Below are positions 56,417 through 64,000 of a stretch of 64,000 bases of DNA, piece by piece (position 1 is the first letter of the stretch; every line of letters begins with the position of its first letter). The stretch lies in NCBI GenBank assembly GCA_963732385.1, contig CAVSZB010000003.1, positions 352,001 to 416,000 on the forward strand, written 5' to 3'. The position numbers were made by a program, and so were the translations under genes. The notes below the pieces were generated by a model. The model saw only the letters and a list, made by a program, of their open reading frames with translations. It searched no databases and had not been told where the DNA came from. The stretch comes from an uncultured bacterium. GTDB taxonomy: Bacteria; Krumholzibacteriota; Krumholzibacteriia; LZORAL124-64-63.

Positions 56417-58954
56417 TCAACGGATCAGCGTGATCCGGCGCGTGTCGCGCCCCCTCTCGCCCTCGATCCGGACGAGGTAGCTCCCCGAGGCCGCGGCGGC
56501 GCCGCGGTCGTCGCTGCCACGCCAGGCCAGTTCGTGACGTCCCGCCGGGAAGACCCCGTCGGCCAGGGTCGCCACGCGGCGTCCGGCCAGGTCGAACACA
56601 GCTACCCGCACGCGTTGCGCCGCGGCGAGCACGTACGCCACGCGCACGGCCGGGTTGAAGGGATTGGGGTGCGGCGCGAGCAATGAGATCGGCCGCGGCG
56701 GCGCCGCCAGTTCGACCGCGCGTTCGGCCAACGTCTCCCAGGTCGCGTCCGTCGACTGGCGATGCCTGAGGGTGTAGGTGACCGTACCTCCGGCGGCCAG
56801 GCGGGCGGACGCATCGCGCGCCGCGAACCCGTCCGGCGTGGCGAAGCAGGGGACGGACCAGGAGTCGGCGCCGGCCCTGGCCGCCAGCTGGAATTCCCCC
56901 GGTGATCCGCCCGCGATCGTCCAGGTCAGCACAACGGATTGCGTGCCCGCCAGGATGGAGAATTGCGACAGGAAGGCCGCGACCGGGCTGCGACAGGGCA
57001 GCGGCGCCGTGTACACGCAGCCCCAGCTCGCGATCACGCACTGGTCGTTGCGGAAGCCGAGAGGTCCGTACATGGACCAGCCGGATCCCATGCTGACCAC
57101 GGCGGGGCGCGCCGGATCCGAAATGTCGATGGCATGAACGCCGAAGCGGCCGCTGAGCACCAGCCAGCCGTCGTCGCCCTGCATCCGATAGTCGCCCATG
57201 GGGACGGGCGTGCGCGAAATCAGCGCCGGAGCGACCGGATCGGTGAGGCTGAACCCGAGCAGCGACCGATCGAAGTCCGTGTCCATGATCGCGATCCAGA
57301 GGCAGCCGCCGGCGATCACCGGTCTCGATCCGACTGAAATGGACGCGGGAAGGCCGAGCGCGTTGAGGCGCCGGGGGTGGGCGGGATCGCTCAGATCGAC
57401 CACGCGCAGCGAATCCCCATAGATGTAGCCGAGATAACCGCTCGCCAGGAATGTCGATGTGTCAGAGCGGAAGGAGGGGACCGTCGCTTCGATGACCGGG
57501 GCCAGGGGGTCGTCGAGGTTGACGATGAAATCACGCGCGCCATCGGCCGTCGTGGCGCGCACGATAACGCGGTTATCCGGGAGCCAGGTGAGGTCGGCCG
57601 TCATCCCGTACTGCAGGACGCCCGGCAACGGCAGGCTGGCCACGACCCGCGGCTGCGTCGCGACAGTGAGGTCCACGATCTCGAGGTTCACACCCGCCAC
57701 GCAGGCCAGGGAATCCCGCCAGGCCACGGCATCGCCAAGCACCTCGACACTGCCGATCACGGTCGGACCGTCGGGCGAAGCCAGGTCCAGGATGTCGAGC
57801 CGGGGGAATCCGTTCGGGAAAGTCGTCAGACAGCGCGCCCGATCGCCCGCGATGTCCATCGCGTTGGGCATAACGTCGCCATAGACAGTCGGCGACCACG
57901 CAACTGTCGATGTCGGCATCACCGTGGCGGCCGCGCCCAGCCGGAAGGCCAGAACTGAGGAAATCGGCGAAAAGCTCCCGTCGCACGCGACCGTGAAAAG
58001 ATGGCCGTTGCGCAGGACCGCGCCGCGATGCTCGATCTCCGCGTAGCCGGTCTGGCTCACCAGGCGCGGATTCAGCGGGTCCGACACGTCGATCGTCCGC
58101 ACTCCGATGCCGTAGTGCCCTGTCACCGCTGCCCACGAGCCCTCCACGGCGATCGCATCGCCCCCGGCGGCGGTGCGGCCCAGGGCGCGCGGCGCGGCGG
58201 GATCTGCAACGTCGATGATCACGAGGCCGGTCCGGCACACGAGGTACGCGCGGTCGTTCTGCACGGCGATGGCCCGGCCTTCGAGGTCATCCTCGCGATA
58301 CTCGCCCAGCAGCCGGGGCGCGCCGGGGTCCGTCACGTCGACCGTGAGCAGACCCGTCGCGGTCGCCACGTACGCGATCGGCCCCCTGACGACCAGGTCC
58401 ACCGTGCCCAGAGGCAGCGCAAGGCGGGAGAGGGGAACCGGCGCCGCCGGCCGGGCGATGTCCCAGATCCCGAAGTCGGTCGCGTCCGCCGCGAACAGCA
58501 AGGCCCCCTGACAGGCCAGAATGGCGTCATGAAGTCCGCTCGCCAGCGAGCCTACGAGCACCGGCGTGGCAGGTTCCGCCAGCGAGATGGTGTGGAGCGT
58601 GTCGCGATAGCCCATGGCGAAAAGGCAATTCCGGCCCAGCGCGATACTGTGCGCTGACCCAAAGTTGTATGCTCGCCATGTCTGGCCCACGAGCCGCAGG
58701 TCGTCCGGGCGCGAGGCATCCCAAACGAAGATGCTGCCGCCATTATCGACCGCCACCAGGGTGTCGCCGCTCGCCGCCAGACAGCGGTAGAACGGCAATC
58801 CCTCCCAGCTGCCGTTAAAATACTGCTCGCTGACCCAGCTCGTCGCGGCAGGGTAGTCGACGCACTCCTGCGCGGGGGCCGTGGTGAAGGCGCAGAACGC
58901 GACGACTGCGACGATCCAGGCCGCGTTTCCCGCCAGCTTCGGCTGTGTGGACAT
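56417..58954 (-). CDS. Secreted divergent LVIVD-repeat protein with C-terminal FlgD-Ig domain
   Basis: Signal peptide to APA-QEC, repeats such as GLLTVDVTDPGAPRL, PHPNPFNPAV...SGSYLVRI. Confidence 0.85.
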   Translation of the reverse strand: MSTQPKLAGNAAWIVAVVAFCAFTTAPAQECVDYPAATSWVSEQYFNGSWEGLPFYRCLAASGDTLVAVDNGGSIFVWDASRPDDLRLVGQTWRAYNFGSAHSIALGRNCLFAMGYRDTLHTISLAEPATPVLVGSLASGLHDAILACQGALLFAADATDFGIWDIARPAAPVPLSRLALPLGTVDLVVRGPIAYVATATGLLTVDVTDPGAPRLLGEYREDDLEGRAIAVQNDRAYLVCRTGLVIIDVADPAAPRALGRTAAGGDAIAVEGSWAAVTGHYGIGVRTIDVSDPLNPRLVSQTGYAEIEHRGAVLRNGHLFTVACDGSFSPISSVLAFRLGAAATVMPTSTVAWSPTVYGDVMPNAMDIAGDRARCLTTFPNGFPRLDILDLASPDGPTVIGSVEVLGDAVAWRDSLACVAGVNLEIVDLTVATQPRVVASLPLPGVLQYGMTADLTWLPDNRVIVRATTADGARDFIVNLDDPLAPVIEATVPSFRSDTSTFLASGYLGYIYGDSLRVVDLSDPAHPRRLNALGLPASISVGSRPVIAGGCLWIAIMDTDFDRSLLGFSLTDPVAPALISRTPVPMGDYRMQGDDGWLVLSGRFGVHAIDISDPARPAVVSMGSGWSMYGPLGFRNDQCVIASWGCVYTAPLPCRSPVAAFLSQFSILAGTQSVVLTWTIAGGSPGEFQLAARAGADSWSVPCFATPDGFAARDASARLAAGGTVTYTLRHRQSTDATWETLAERAVELAAPPRPISLLAPHPNPFNPAVRVAYVLAAAQRVRVAVFDLAGRRVATLADGVFPAGRHELAWRGSDDRGAAAASGSYLVRIEGERGRDTRRITLIR

Positions 58955-59240
58955 CGGGCGCCTCCCGTGCAAATCGGTATGCCGATCGCTCTGGCGGCCG
59001 GCTCAGGGCAGCAGGTGCGAAGGCGCCGCGTGGGCGGGTGCGGCGCGGACCGTGCCCGATGCAAGAACCGCGCCGCGGGCTGTGGCGGTGGATCTCCATA
59101 AATCATTGTTAATAATTGAATTGTGCGCGCCAAGGGACTCCCTGGGCCACTTAGGACGATTCATCCTGTGCGGGAAGCGGCTGGGTGGGAACCTGCCGGC
59201 ATCAGGTCACCCCTTCGCGTGGGTCTCGCGCAGGTCGCAC

Positions 59241-59501
59241 TTGCATGGATGCCACGCCAAGCTGCGCGAGGTTGTCCCGGTGCACGAAGAATTCCGGGGG
59301 GAAGTCGTGTGGGACGGGATCGTGCACGTCTTTGATGTGACCGGGACGCCCGGCTGCGACACCTGTTATGCGTGGTCGTCGCCTCGCGCAGATTCAATCT
59401 CCCGCAGCTTTTATGCGGTCCTGGGCTCTCCCCCAGTTGCCTCTGCGGCCGATGCCGTCAAAGCAGGCCATCGCCTCCAATTGACGGCCCTCCTAAGATA
59501 G
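59241..59501 (+). pseudogene. Remnant of a conserved small hypothetical protein
   Basis: LHGCHA..REVVPVHEEFRGEVVWDGIVHVFDVTG...CYAWS...FYAVL..PPV.SAADAVKA looks like a recurrent uncharacterised family. No convincing start/RBS. Removing one G near 59466 gives a more natural end AVKAAIASN*. Confidence 0.45.
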
Positions 59502-59595
59502 CCTGATTTCTAGCCTGATTTCTCCCTGCTTTTTTCGTTTCTCACTTGCCCCGCCTAGTCTAGTTTCTTGGCCGGGAATGAATCTGGTGGCATAC

Positions 59596-59625
59596 ATGTA
59601 CGCTTGGCGTACATTGTGCTATAGT
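59596..59625 (+). promoter_or_regulatory. Operator palindrome overlapping the TA promoter
   Basis: ATGTACGC-TTG-GCGTACAT (59596-59614) followed by extended -10 TGcTATAGT (59617-59625). Confidence 0.65.
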
Positions 59626-59637
59626 ACAGGGGGATCA

Positions 59638-59928
59638 ATGACGACAGAAGAAGCGGAGGGCATTCTCCGGCGTGTTAGCCGTCAGGAGATTCAGTTGGCG
59701 TTCACGCAACACTTCAAGGACCGCGCCGAGGAAAGGCATCCCGGCCTAACTGCGGTTCATGTCTATCAGGTCCTTCGGATCGGAAAGATCTGGGGGACGC
59801 CGGAATGGGTCGAACAGTACAAGAACTATGCAGTTGAGGTGAGGGCGAAATTGCCTGATTTGGGACAGGTCAAGATTCTATTTGGGATCTCTGATCGTCC
59901 AAGCGTTTGCTGTGTAACGGTTTATTAG
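59638..59928 (+). CDS. DUF4258-like (RelE/BrnT-fold) putative toxin
   Basis: 96 aa; FTQHFKDRAEER, VL..G.I, C-terminal CVTVY; upstream of an HTH gene. Confidence 0.65.
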   Translation: MTTEEAEGILRRVSRQEIQLAFTQHFKDRAEERHPGLTAVHVYQVLRIGKIWGTPEWVEQYKNYAVEVRAKLPDLGQVKILFGISDRPSVCCVTVY

Positions 59929-59949
59929 ATTATCGGAGGGTTGATCGCC

Positions 59950-60540
59950 GTGAAAAATAGGTGCCCAATTTGCGGATCGCCCGATGTGGCGGTCGAAACT
60001 CCCAAGAAGTACCAATACGATAACTGCGGGCTCCCCAATGTGTTACTCATTGGCAACGGAGTAATTGTCTTTGATTGTCATTCCTGCAAGAGCACGGCCA
60101 CCACGATAGTGAACGAACAGCAGCTTATTCAGGTTCTCGGACTCAGGCTTGTGACGGCTCCCCTGGGAATCAAGGGATACGAGATGAAGTTTCTTCGCGC
60201 GCTATATGGGATGACACAGACAGAAATGGCGAAGGAGTTCCCAAGGCGCCGCCGAGAGACAATCTCCGAATGGGAGGCCAAGGGCCGGATCTTTCAGAAT
60301 CCAAACGACGAGGTGTTGCCCAGGCTGGTTCTTCTACGGCTCTTTAGTGACCGGGTGATTGAATCGGACCATTCTTTTCTGAGCATCAACCACACCAAGA
60401 AGTACCTGGAGTTCACTCGGTCGATTGTAGACAACATCCCCGAAATGATTGAGGAGAAGAGGGCTAAATCGCCACTTAGCGCCTGCCACCAGTCGCACAA
60501 GAGGGCGTGGACGCTAGACTGTACGCCAGCTTTAGCCTAG
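59950..60540 (+). CDS. MqsA/YgiT-like zinc-finger plus XRE HTH putative antitoxin
   Basis: CPIC...YDNCGLPNVLLIG...CHSC, then EMKFLR..YGMTQTEMAK...RETISEWE. RBS GGAGG. Confidence 0.75.
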   Translation: MKNRCPICGSPDVAVETPKKYQYDNCGLPNVLLIGNGVIVFDCHSCKSTATTIVNEQQLIQVLGLRLVTAPLGIKGYEMKFLRALYGMTQTEMAKEFPRRRRETISEWEAKGRIFQNPNDEVLPRLVLLRLFSDRVIESDHSFLSINHTKKYLEFTRSIVDNIPEMIEEKRAKSPLSACHQSHKRAWTLDCTPALA

Positions 60541-60717
60541 ACCATCTTCGTAAGTGGGCCGCGTCTTGATGGCGCGACCCACCATCATTCGTTTCAACTT
60601 AGGACACTACCGGGACAGGAGCCCGCTTGACGACCGCCCGGTCGCCGAATGATAATCATTGTTCAGCTGTGGCGCGCGATGTCGGCCCGATCCGGCCCTT
60701 GGAAAGGATGGCCAATC

Positions 60718-61425
60718 ATGCAGACCCGCGGAATTCTCGCGTGTCTCCTGGCCTTGTCGTGGCTTGCCGGGTGCAGTGATTCCTCGAAACCCGAGGCCAC
60801 CAACAGCGATCTCCGCGGTCAGATCGTTGACGCCTTCGGTCTGCCGGTGGCCGGCGCGGGGGTCGTCCTGGAGTATGCCTCCGATCCTCCGGCGGGCAGC
60901 GCGTACGACAAACCCCAGACCGGCATCGAATTCAACCTGCCCGAGGCGGGTTCGATCAGCCTCTGGATCGGTTCCTTCTGTGACGGCGATACGGTGCGGG
61001 TGCTCGTGGGCGGGGAGTTGCCGCCCGGCCAGCACACGGTCATCTGGGACGGCAAAGACGGCGAGGGCCGGATCCTGCCGGACGGCGTCTACCGGTATCA
61101 TCTCGTGACGGTCGACGGGGAGAAGCAGGAGCTGTTTCCGCTCTTCCACCTCGGGTACCGGAGCCTGCCGGCTGATGCGGTCGTGGCGCCGCTGGTCGTG
61201 ACCGACGCGCATGGGCGATTCGCCCTGGGCCAGGGCTGCCTGCCGCTGGACTTCACGTTCGGCAGCACCAACGAACTTGGAGAGCCGATCGGGACCCGCA
61301 CCATCACGCGGGCGGTCCGGGTCTGGGCGTGGGCGGGGGAGGGCGGCGCGCTCACCGCCGGCCCGGTCGTGACCGTCGATCCCGAAACTGGCGCCGACGT
61401 CACCGTGACCGTCGGCAACCGATAG
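60718..61425 (+). CDS. Lipoprotein with internal FlgD-Ig domain
   Basis: Lipobox LAGC; TGIEFNLPEAG.ISL.I...VRVLV.G.LPPGQH.VIWDGKD.EG.ILPDGVY. Confidence 0.75.
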   Translation: MQTRGILACLLALSWLAGCSDSSKPEATNSDLRGQIVDAFGLPVAGAGVVLEYASDPPAGSAYDKPQTGIEFNLPEAGSISLWIGSFCDGDTVRVLVGGELPPGQHTVIWDGKDGEGRILPDGVYRYHLVTVDGEKQELFPLFHLGYRSLPADAVVAPLVVTDAHGRFALGQGCLPLDFTFGSTNELGEPIGTRTITRAVRVWAWAGEGGALTAGPVVTVDPETGADVTVTVGNR

Positions 61426-61467
61426 AGCCTGCGGGAGCGCTTCTCCCCCGGAGCGTCGTCGCCGCCG

Positions 61468-62526
61468 CTAGACGTCCCGCAGCAGCGTCGCACGCAGGCC
61501 GTGGGTCGTTTCGACGGCGCAGCGGCCGTCGGGACGCCGCGCGACCAGCAGCCCCTCCACCCCCGGCAGCGTTTCGAGCATGCGCCGCCCCTCGGCCGCC
61601 GACAGCACGATGCAGGCGGTGGCCAGCGCGTCGGCCTGCATGGCGGTCGGGGCGAGGATGGTGGCGCTGACGACCCCGGTCGTCGTTTCGCCGCTGCGCG
61701 GATCGACGATGTGGCTGACGCGGCGGCCGTCGAGCTCGGCGAACTGCTCGTAGGTGCCGCTCGTGGCGACGGCGGTGGCGTCGGTAAGCTCGAGGGTGGC
61801 GAGCAGGCCGTCGGCGCGCAGCGGATCGCGCACGCCGATGCGCCAGGGGGAGCCGTCGGGCTGCGGGCCGGCGGCGCGGATGTCGCCGCCGGCGTTGACC
61901 AGGCCGGTCTGGCCGGCGGCGGCCAGCGCGGCGGCGGCGCGGTCGGCGCCGTAGCCCTTGGCGATGCCGCCGAGGTCGAGGGCCATCGCTTCGGCGCCGA
62001 GCGTGGCGGTGTCGCCGGCGAGCGTGAGCCGGCCGAAACCGACCCGCGCCAGCGCCTCGCGCATGTCGTCGCGCGACGGCACGCGGGTGGGGCGCCCCTC
62101 GCGGAAGCCCCACGCCTGGAGCAGCGGGGGGACCGTGGGGTCGAACGAGCCGTGGGTGAGCAGGTGCGTCTCGCGCGCCGCCTCGAGCACCGCGCGCAGT
62201 TCCGCCGACAGCGGCACCGGCGCCCCGGCCGCGGCGGCGTTGAGGCGGCTCAGTTCGCTGGCGGGCAGGAAGTACGACATCCGTTCCTCGACCCGGCGGG
62301 CCGCATCGAGCGCGGCGGGCATGACGTGCCCGCCGGCCGTCTCGGGCACGGTCAACTCCAGGTAGGTGCCCATCGCCACGAAGCGGCCGTTGGTCAGGCC
62401 GCGCTGCGCGGCCGCCTGCCGCGTCGCGCCGAAGCGCCAGGCCGCTGCTCCCACCACCGCGGCCCCGCCCAACGCCAGGAAGGCGCGGCGGGACAGCGTG
62501 CCGTTGTCGCGATCGTCAAGACGCAT
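61468..62526 (-). CDS. apbE: FAD:protein FMN transferase, Tat-exported
   Basis: SRRAFLA Tat motif, AMGT, FDPTV.PL, DLGGIAKGY, NAGGDI, VATSG.YE, HIVDPRSG, ADALATA. Confidence 0.93.
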   Translation of the reverse strand: MRLDDRDNGTLSRRAFLALGGAAVVGAAAWRFGATRQAAAQRGLTNGRFVAMGTYLELTVPETAGGHVMPAALDAARRVEERMSYFLPASELSRLNAAAAGAPVPLSAELRAVLEAARETHLLTHGSFDPTVPPLLQAWGFREGRPTRVPSRDDMREALARVGFGRLTLAGDTATLGAEAMALDLGGIAKGYGADRAAAALAAAGQTGLVNAGGDIRAAGPQPDGSPWRIGVRDPLRADGLLATLELTDATAVATSGTYEQFAELDGRRVSHIVDPRSGETTTGVVSATILAPTAMQADALATACIVLSAAEGRRMLETLPGVEGLLVARRPDGRCAVETTHGLRATLLRDV

Positions 62527-62992
62527 GATCCATCCCTCTGTCCTGAAAAATGCCGGTGATCCGCGCCCGGAAGCGCCGGGCGCCCGGTCGTTGCGGGTTG
62601 CGGATTCTCGAGTCGATCAACCGTACGATACCGAAGCCGGCGGCCGCACCCGCCAGCGCTCCGAGCGCGCTGAGCGGGTCGCGGTGCGGCGCCAGCGGGG
62701 TCCCGCCGAGCGCCGACCAGGTGCCGAAAGCCGCCACCAGGAGGGTGGCGAGCGGGATCAGGTAGACCGTCACGCAGGCGGTCAGGAAAGCGCTGTCGTC
62801 GAGTTCGAGCGTGATGCGCTGGCCGACGGCGGCGCCGAGCGGGTTCGCGGCCGGCAGCAGCAGGCGGCGCTGGCCGAAGGTCATCGCGCAGGCGCCGCGC
62901 GCGTGGCAGCCGTCGCAGGCCGCCCCGCGCTCCACCTCCACCGTGGCCGCCCCGTCGGGGCGCTGCTCCACGATCACGCCGGTCTCGATCAT
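62516..62992 (-). CDS. rseC: RseC/MucC family protein
   Basis: MIETGVIV...ACDGCHARGAC, VYLIPL, two TM helices; follows rnfB. Confidence 0.85.
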   Translation of the reverse strand: MIETGVIVEQRPDGAATVEVERGAACDGCHARGACAMTFGQRRLLLPAANPLGAAVGQRITLELDDSAFLTACVTVYLIPLATLLVAAFGTWSALGGTPLAPHRDPLSALGALAGAAAGFGIVRLIDSRIRNPQRPGARRFRARITGIFQDRGMDHAS

Positions 62993-63957
62993 GACGGCTC
63001 CGGGGGATTCGTCGGGGCCGGCGGGGGCGCAACAGCGGCCGCAGCCGCAGCTTTCGCGGCCGCCTTGCGCGCCGCCTCGGCCGCCCGGCGTTCCGCCGCG
63101 AGGCGCTCCGCCTCGGCGCGCACGCCCGGCTCGGGGGTAGCGCCGCGGGCGTAGACCAGCACGCCCGGCTTACAGGCGTCCACGCACAGGCCGCAGCCGA
63201 CGCATTTCTCATCACTGCGCACCGGCCGGCGGCCGTCCCAGACCAGGGCGTCGTGCGGGCAGGCCTTCAGGCAGAGACGGCAGGCGAGACAGGCCGCGCC
63301 GCACGCCGGGCGCGCCTCCTTGGGCGTCAGATCGGTGCTGCAGCCGACGTACACGGTCGTGGCGTGCGGCTCGATGACCAGCACCCCCTTGGGACAGGCG
63401 CTCACGCACTGTCCGCAGGCCGTGCACTTCTCCTCGTCGATGACCGGCAGGCCGTTGGCGCCCATCGTGAGGGCGCCGAACAGGCAGATGCGGACGCAGT
63501 CGCCCAGCCCCTCGCAACCGCGAGGACACGCCTTGGCGCCGGCGGGGGAGACGAGCAGCAGGGCGCGGCAGGAATCCACGCCGGTGTACGTGACCCGGGA
63601 TACCGCGGTGTCGGCGTGGCCGCGACAGCGCAGGCGGACGACCGCCCGGACGCGATCGGCCACTTCCAGGCCGAGAATGGCGCCGATCTTCTGCGCCACC
63701 TCGGAGCCGCCGGGGTTGCAGGCGGTGACGTCGGCCTTGCCGTCGATGAGCGCGGCGGCGAAACCGCCGCAGCCGGGGAAGCCGCAGCCGCCGCAGTTGG
63801 CGCCCGGCAGGATGGCGATCAGGTCGTCGATGCGCGGATCCTGTTCGACCTTGAAGAACTTCGACGCGCCGGCCAGCAGCGCCGCCGAGGCGATGCCGAC
63901 CGAGCCGAGCGAAGCCGCGCTGATGACGATGATCCGCGGATCTATCACGTCAGCCAC
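62989..63957 (-). CDS. rnfB: Rnf electron transport complex subunit B (long polyferredoxin form)
   Basis: N-terminal anchor, DPRI..L..ILPGANCGGCGFPGC, GCEGLGDC, and further CxxCxxCxxxC ferredoxin motifs. Confidence 0.92.
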   Translation of the reverse strand: MADVIDPRIIVISAASLGSVGIASAALLAGASKFFKVEQDPRIDDLIAILPGANCGGCGFPGCGGFAAALIDGKADVTACNPGGSEVAQKIGAILGLEVADRVRAVVRLRCRGHADTAVSRVTYTGVDSCRALLLVSPAGAKACPRGCEGLGDCVRICLFGALTMGANGLPVIDEEKCTACGQCVSACPKGVLVIEPHATTVYVGCSTDLTPKEARPACGAACLACRLCLKACPHDALVWDGRRPVRSDEKCVGCGLCVDACKPGVLVYARGATPEPGVRAEAERLAAERRAAEAARKAAAKAAAAAAVAPPPAPTNPPEPS

Positions 63958-63958
63958 C

Positions 63959-64000
63959 TCACATCTTCACGAGACCGGCGAAACCGAGGAACGCCAGCGC
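63959..64000 (-). CDS. rnfA: Rnf subunit A, C-terminal fragment
   Basis: ALAFLGFAGLVKM* directly upstream of rnfB, matching the typical RnfA end. Confidence 0.75.
   Translation of the reverse strand, partial: ALAFLGFAGLVKM

Noticed and set aside
59121..59200. Complete tRNA gene
   Set aside because: Only a 20-nt 3'-end-like piece; no GTTC, anticodon arm or D arm can be folded.

Overview
High-GC bacterial chromosomal window. Several secreted proteins end in a 'PNPFNP...FlgD-Ig' domain, which suggests an FCB-group candidate phylum such as Krumholzibacteriota, Latescibacterota or Eisenbacteria (inference only). Housekeeping and metabolic content: lactate permease, AddAB helicase-nuclease (addB split by a one-base frameshift), a TPP-riboswitch-led thiamine uptake/salvage operon (TonB receptor, ThiN, SSS transporter), ornithine cyclodeaminase-family enzyme, gpmI, pyruvate dehydrogenase (aceE-aceF-lpdA), sodB, crcB-DUF190-bcp, S8 and S9 peptidases, an octaheme HAO-family cytochrome, and the end of an rnf operon (rnfA, rnfB, rseC, apbE). 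Main finding: a complete IS110-family (IS1111-like) element at 21014-22487 inserted exactly in the stop codon of an FlgD-Ig gene. It supplies a replacement stop, forms a sigma70 promoter only on circularisation, and carries a 3' structured RNA whose loops match both the reconstructed target and the circle junction, i.e. a readable bridge/seek RNA. Also found: an unannotated HesB-like selenoprotein (in-frame UGA plus SECIS-like hairpin), four sigma28-like promoters in front of all three sensor kinases and one unknown gene, and a lower-GC DUF4258/MqsA-like toxin-antitoxin islet next to a tRNA-3'-end-like scar. All calls are by eye from motifs; no database searches were run.
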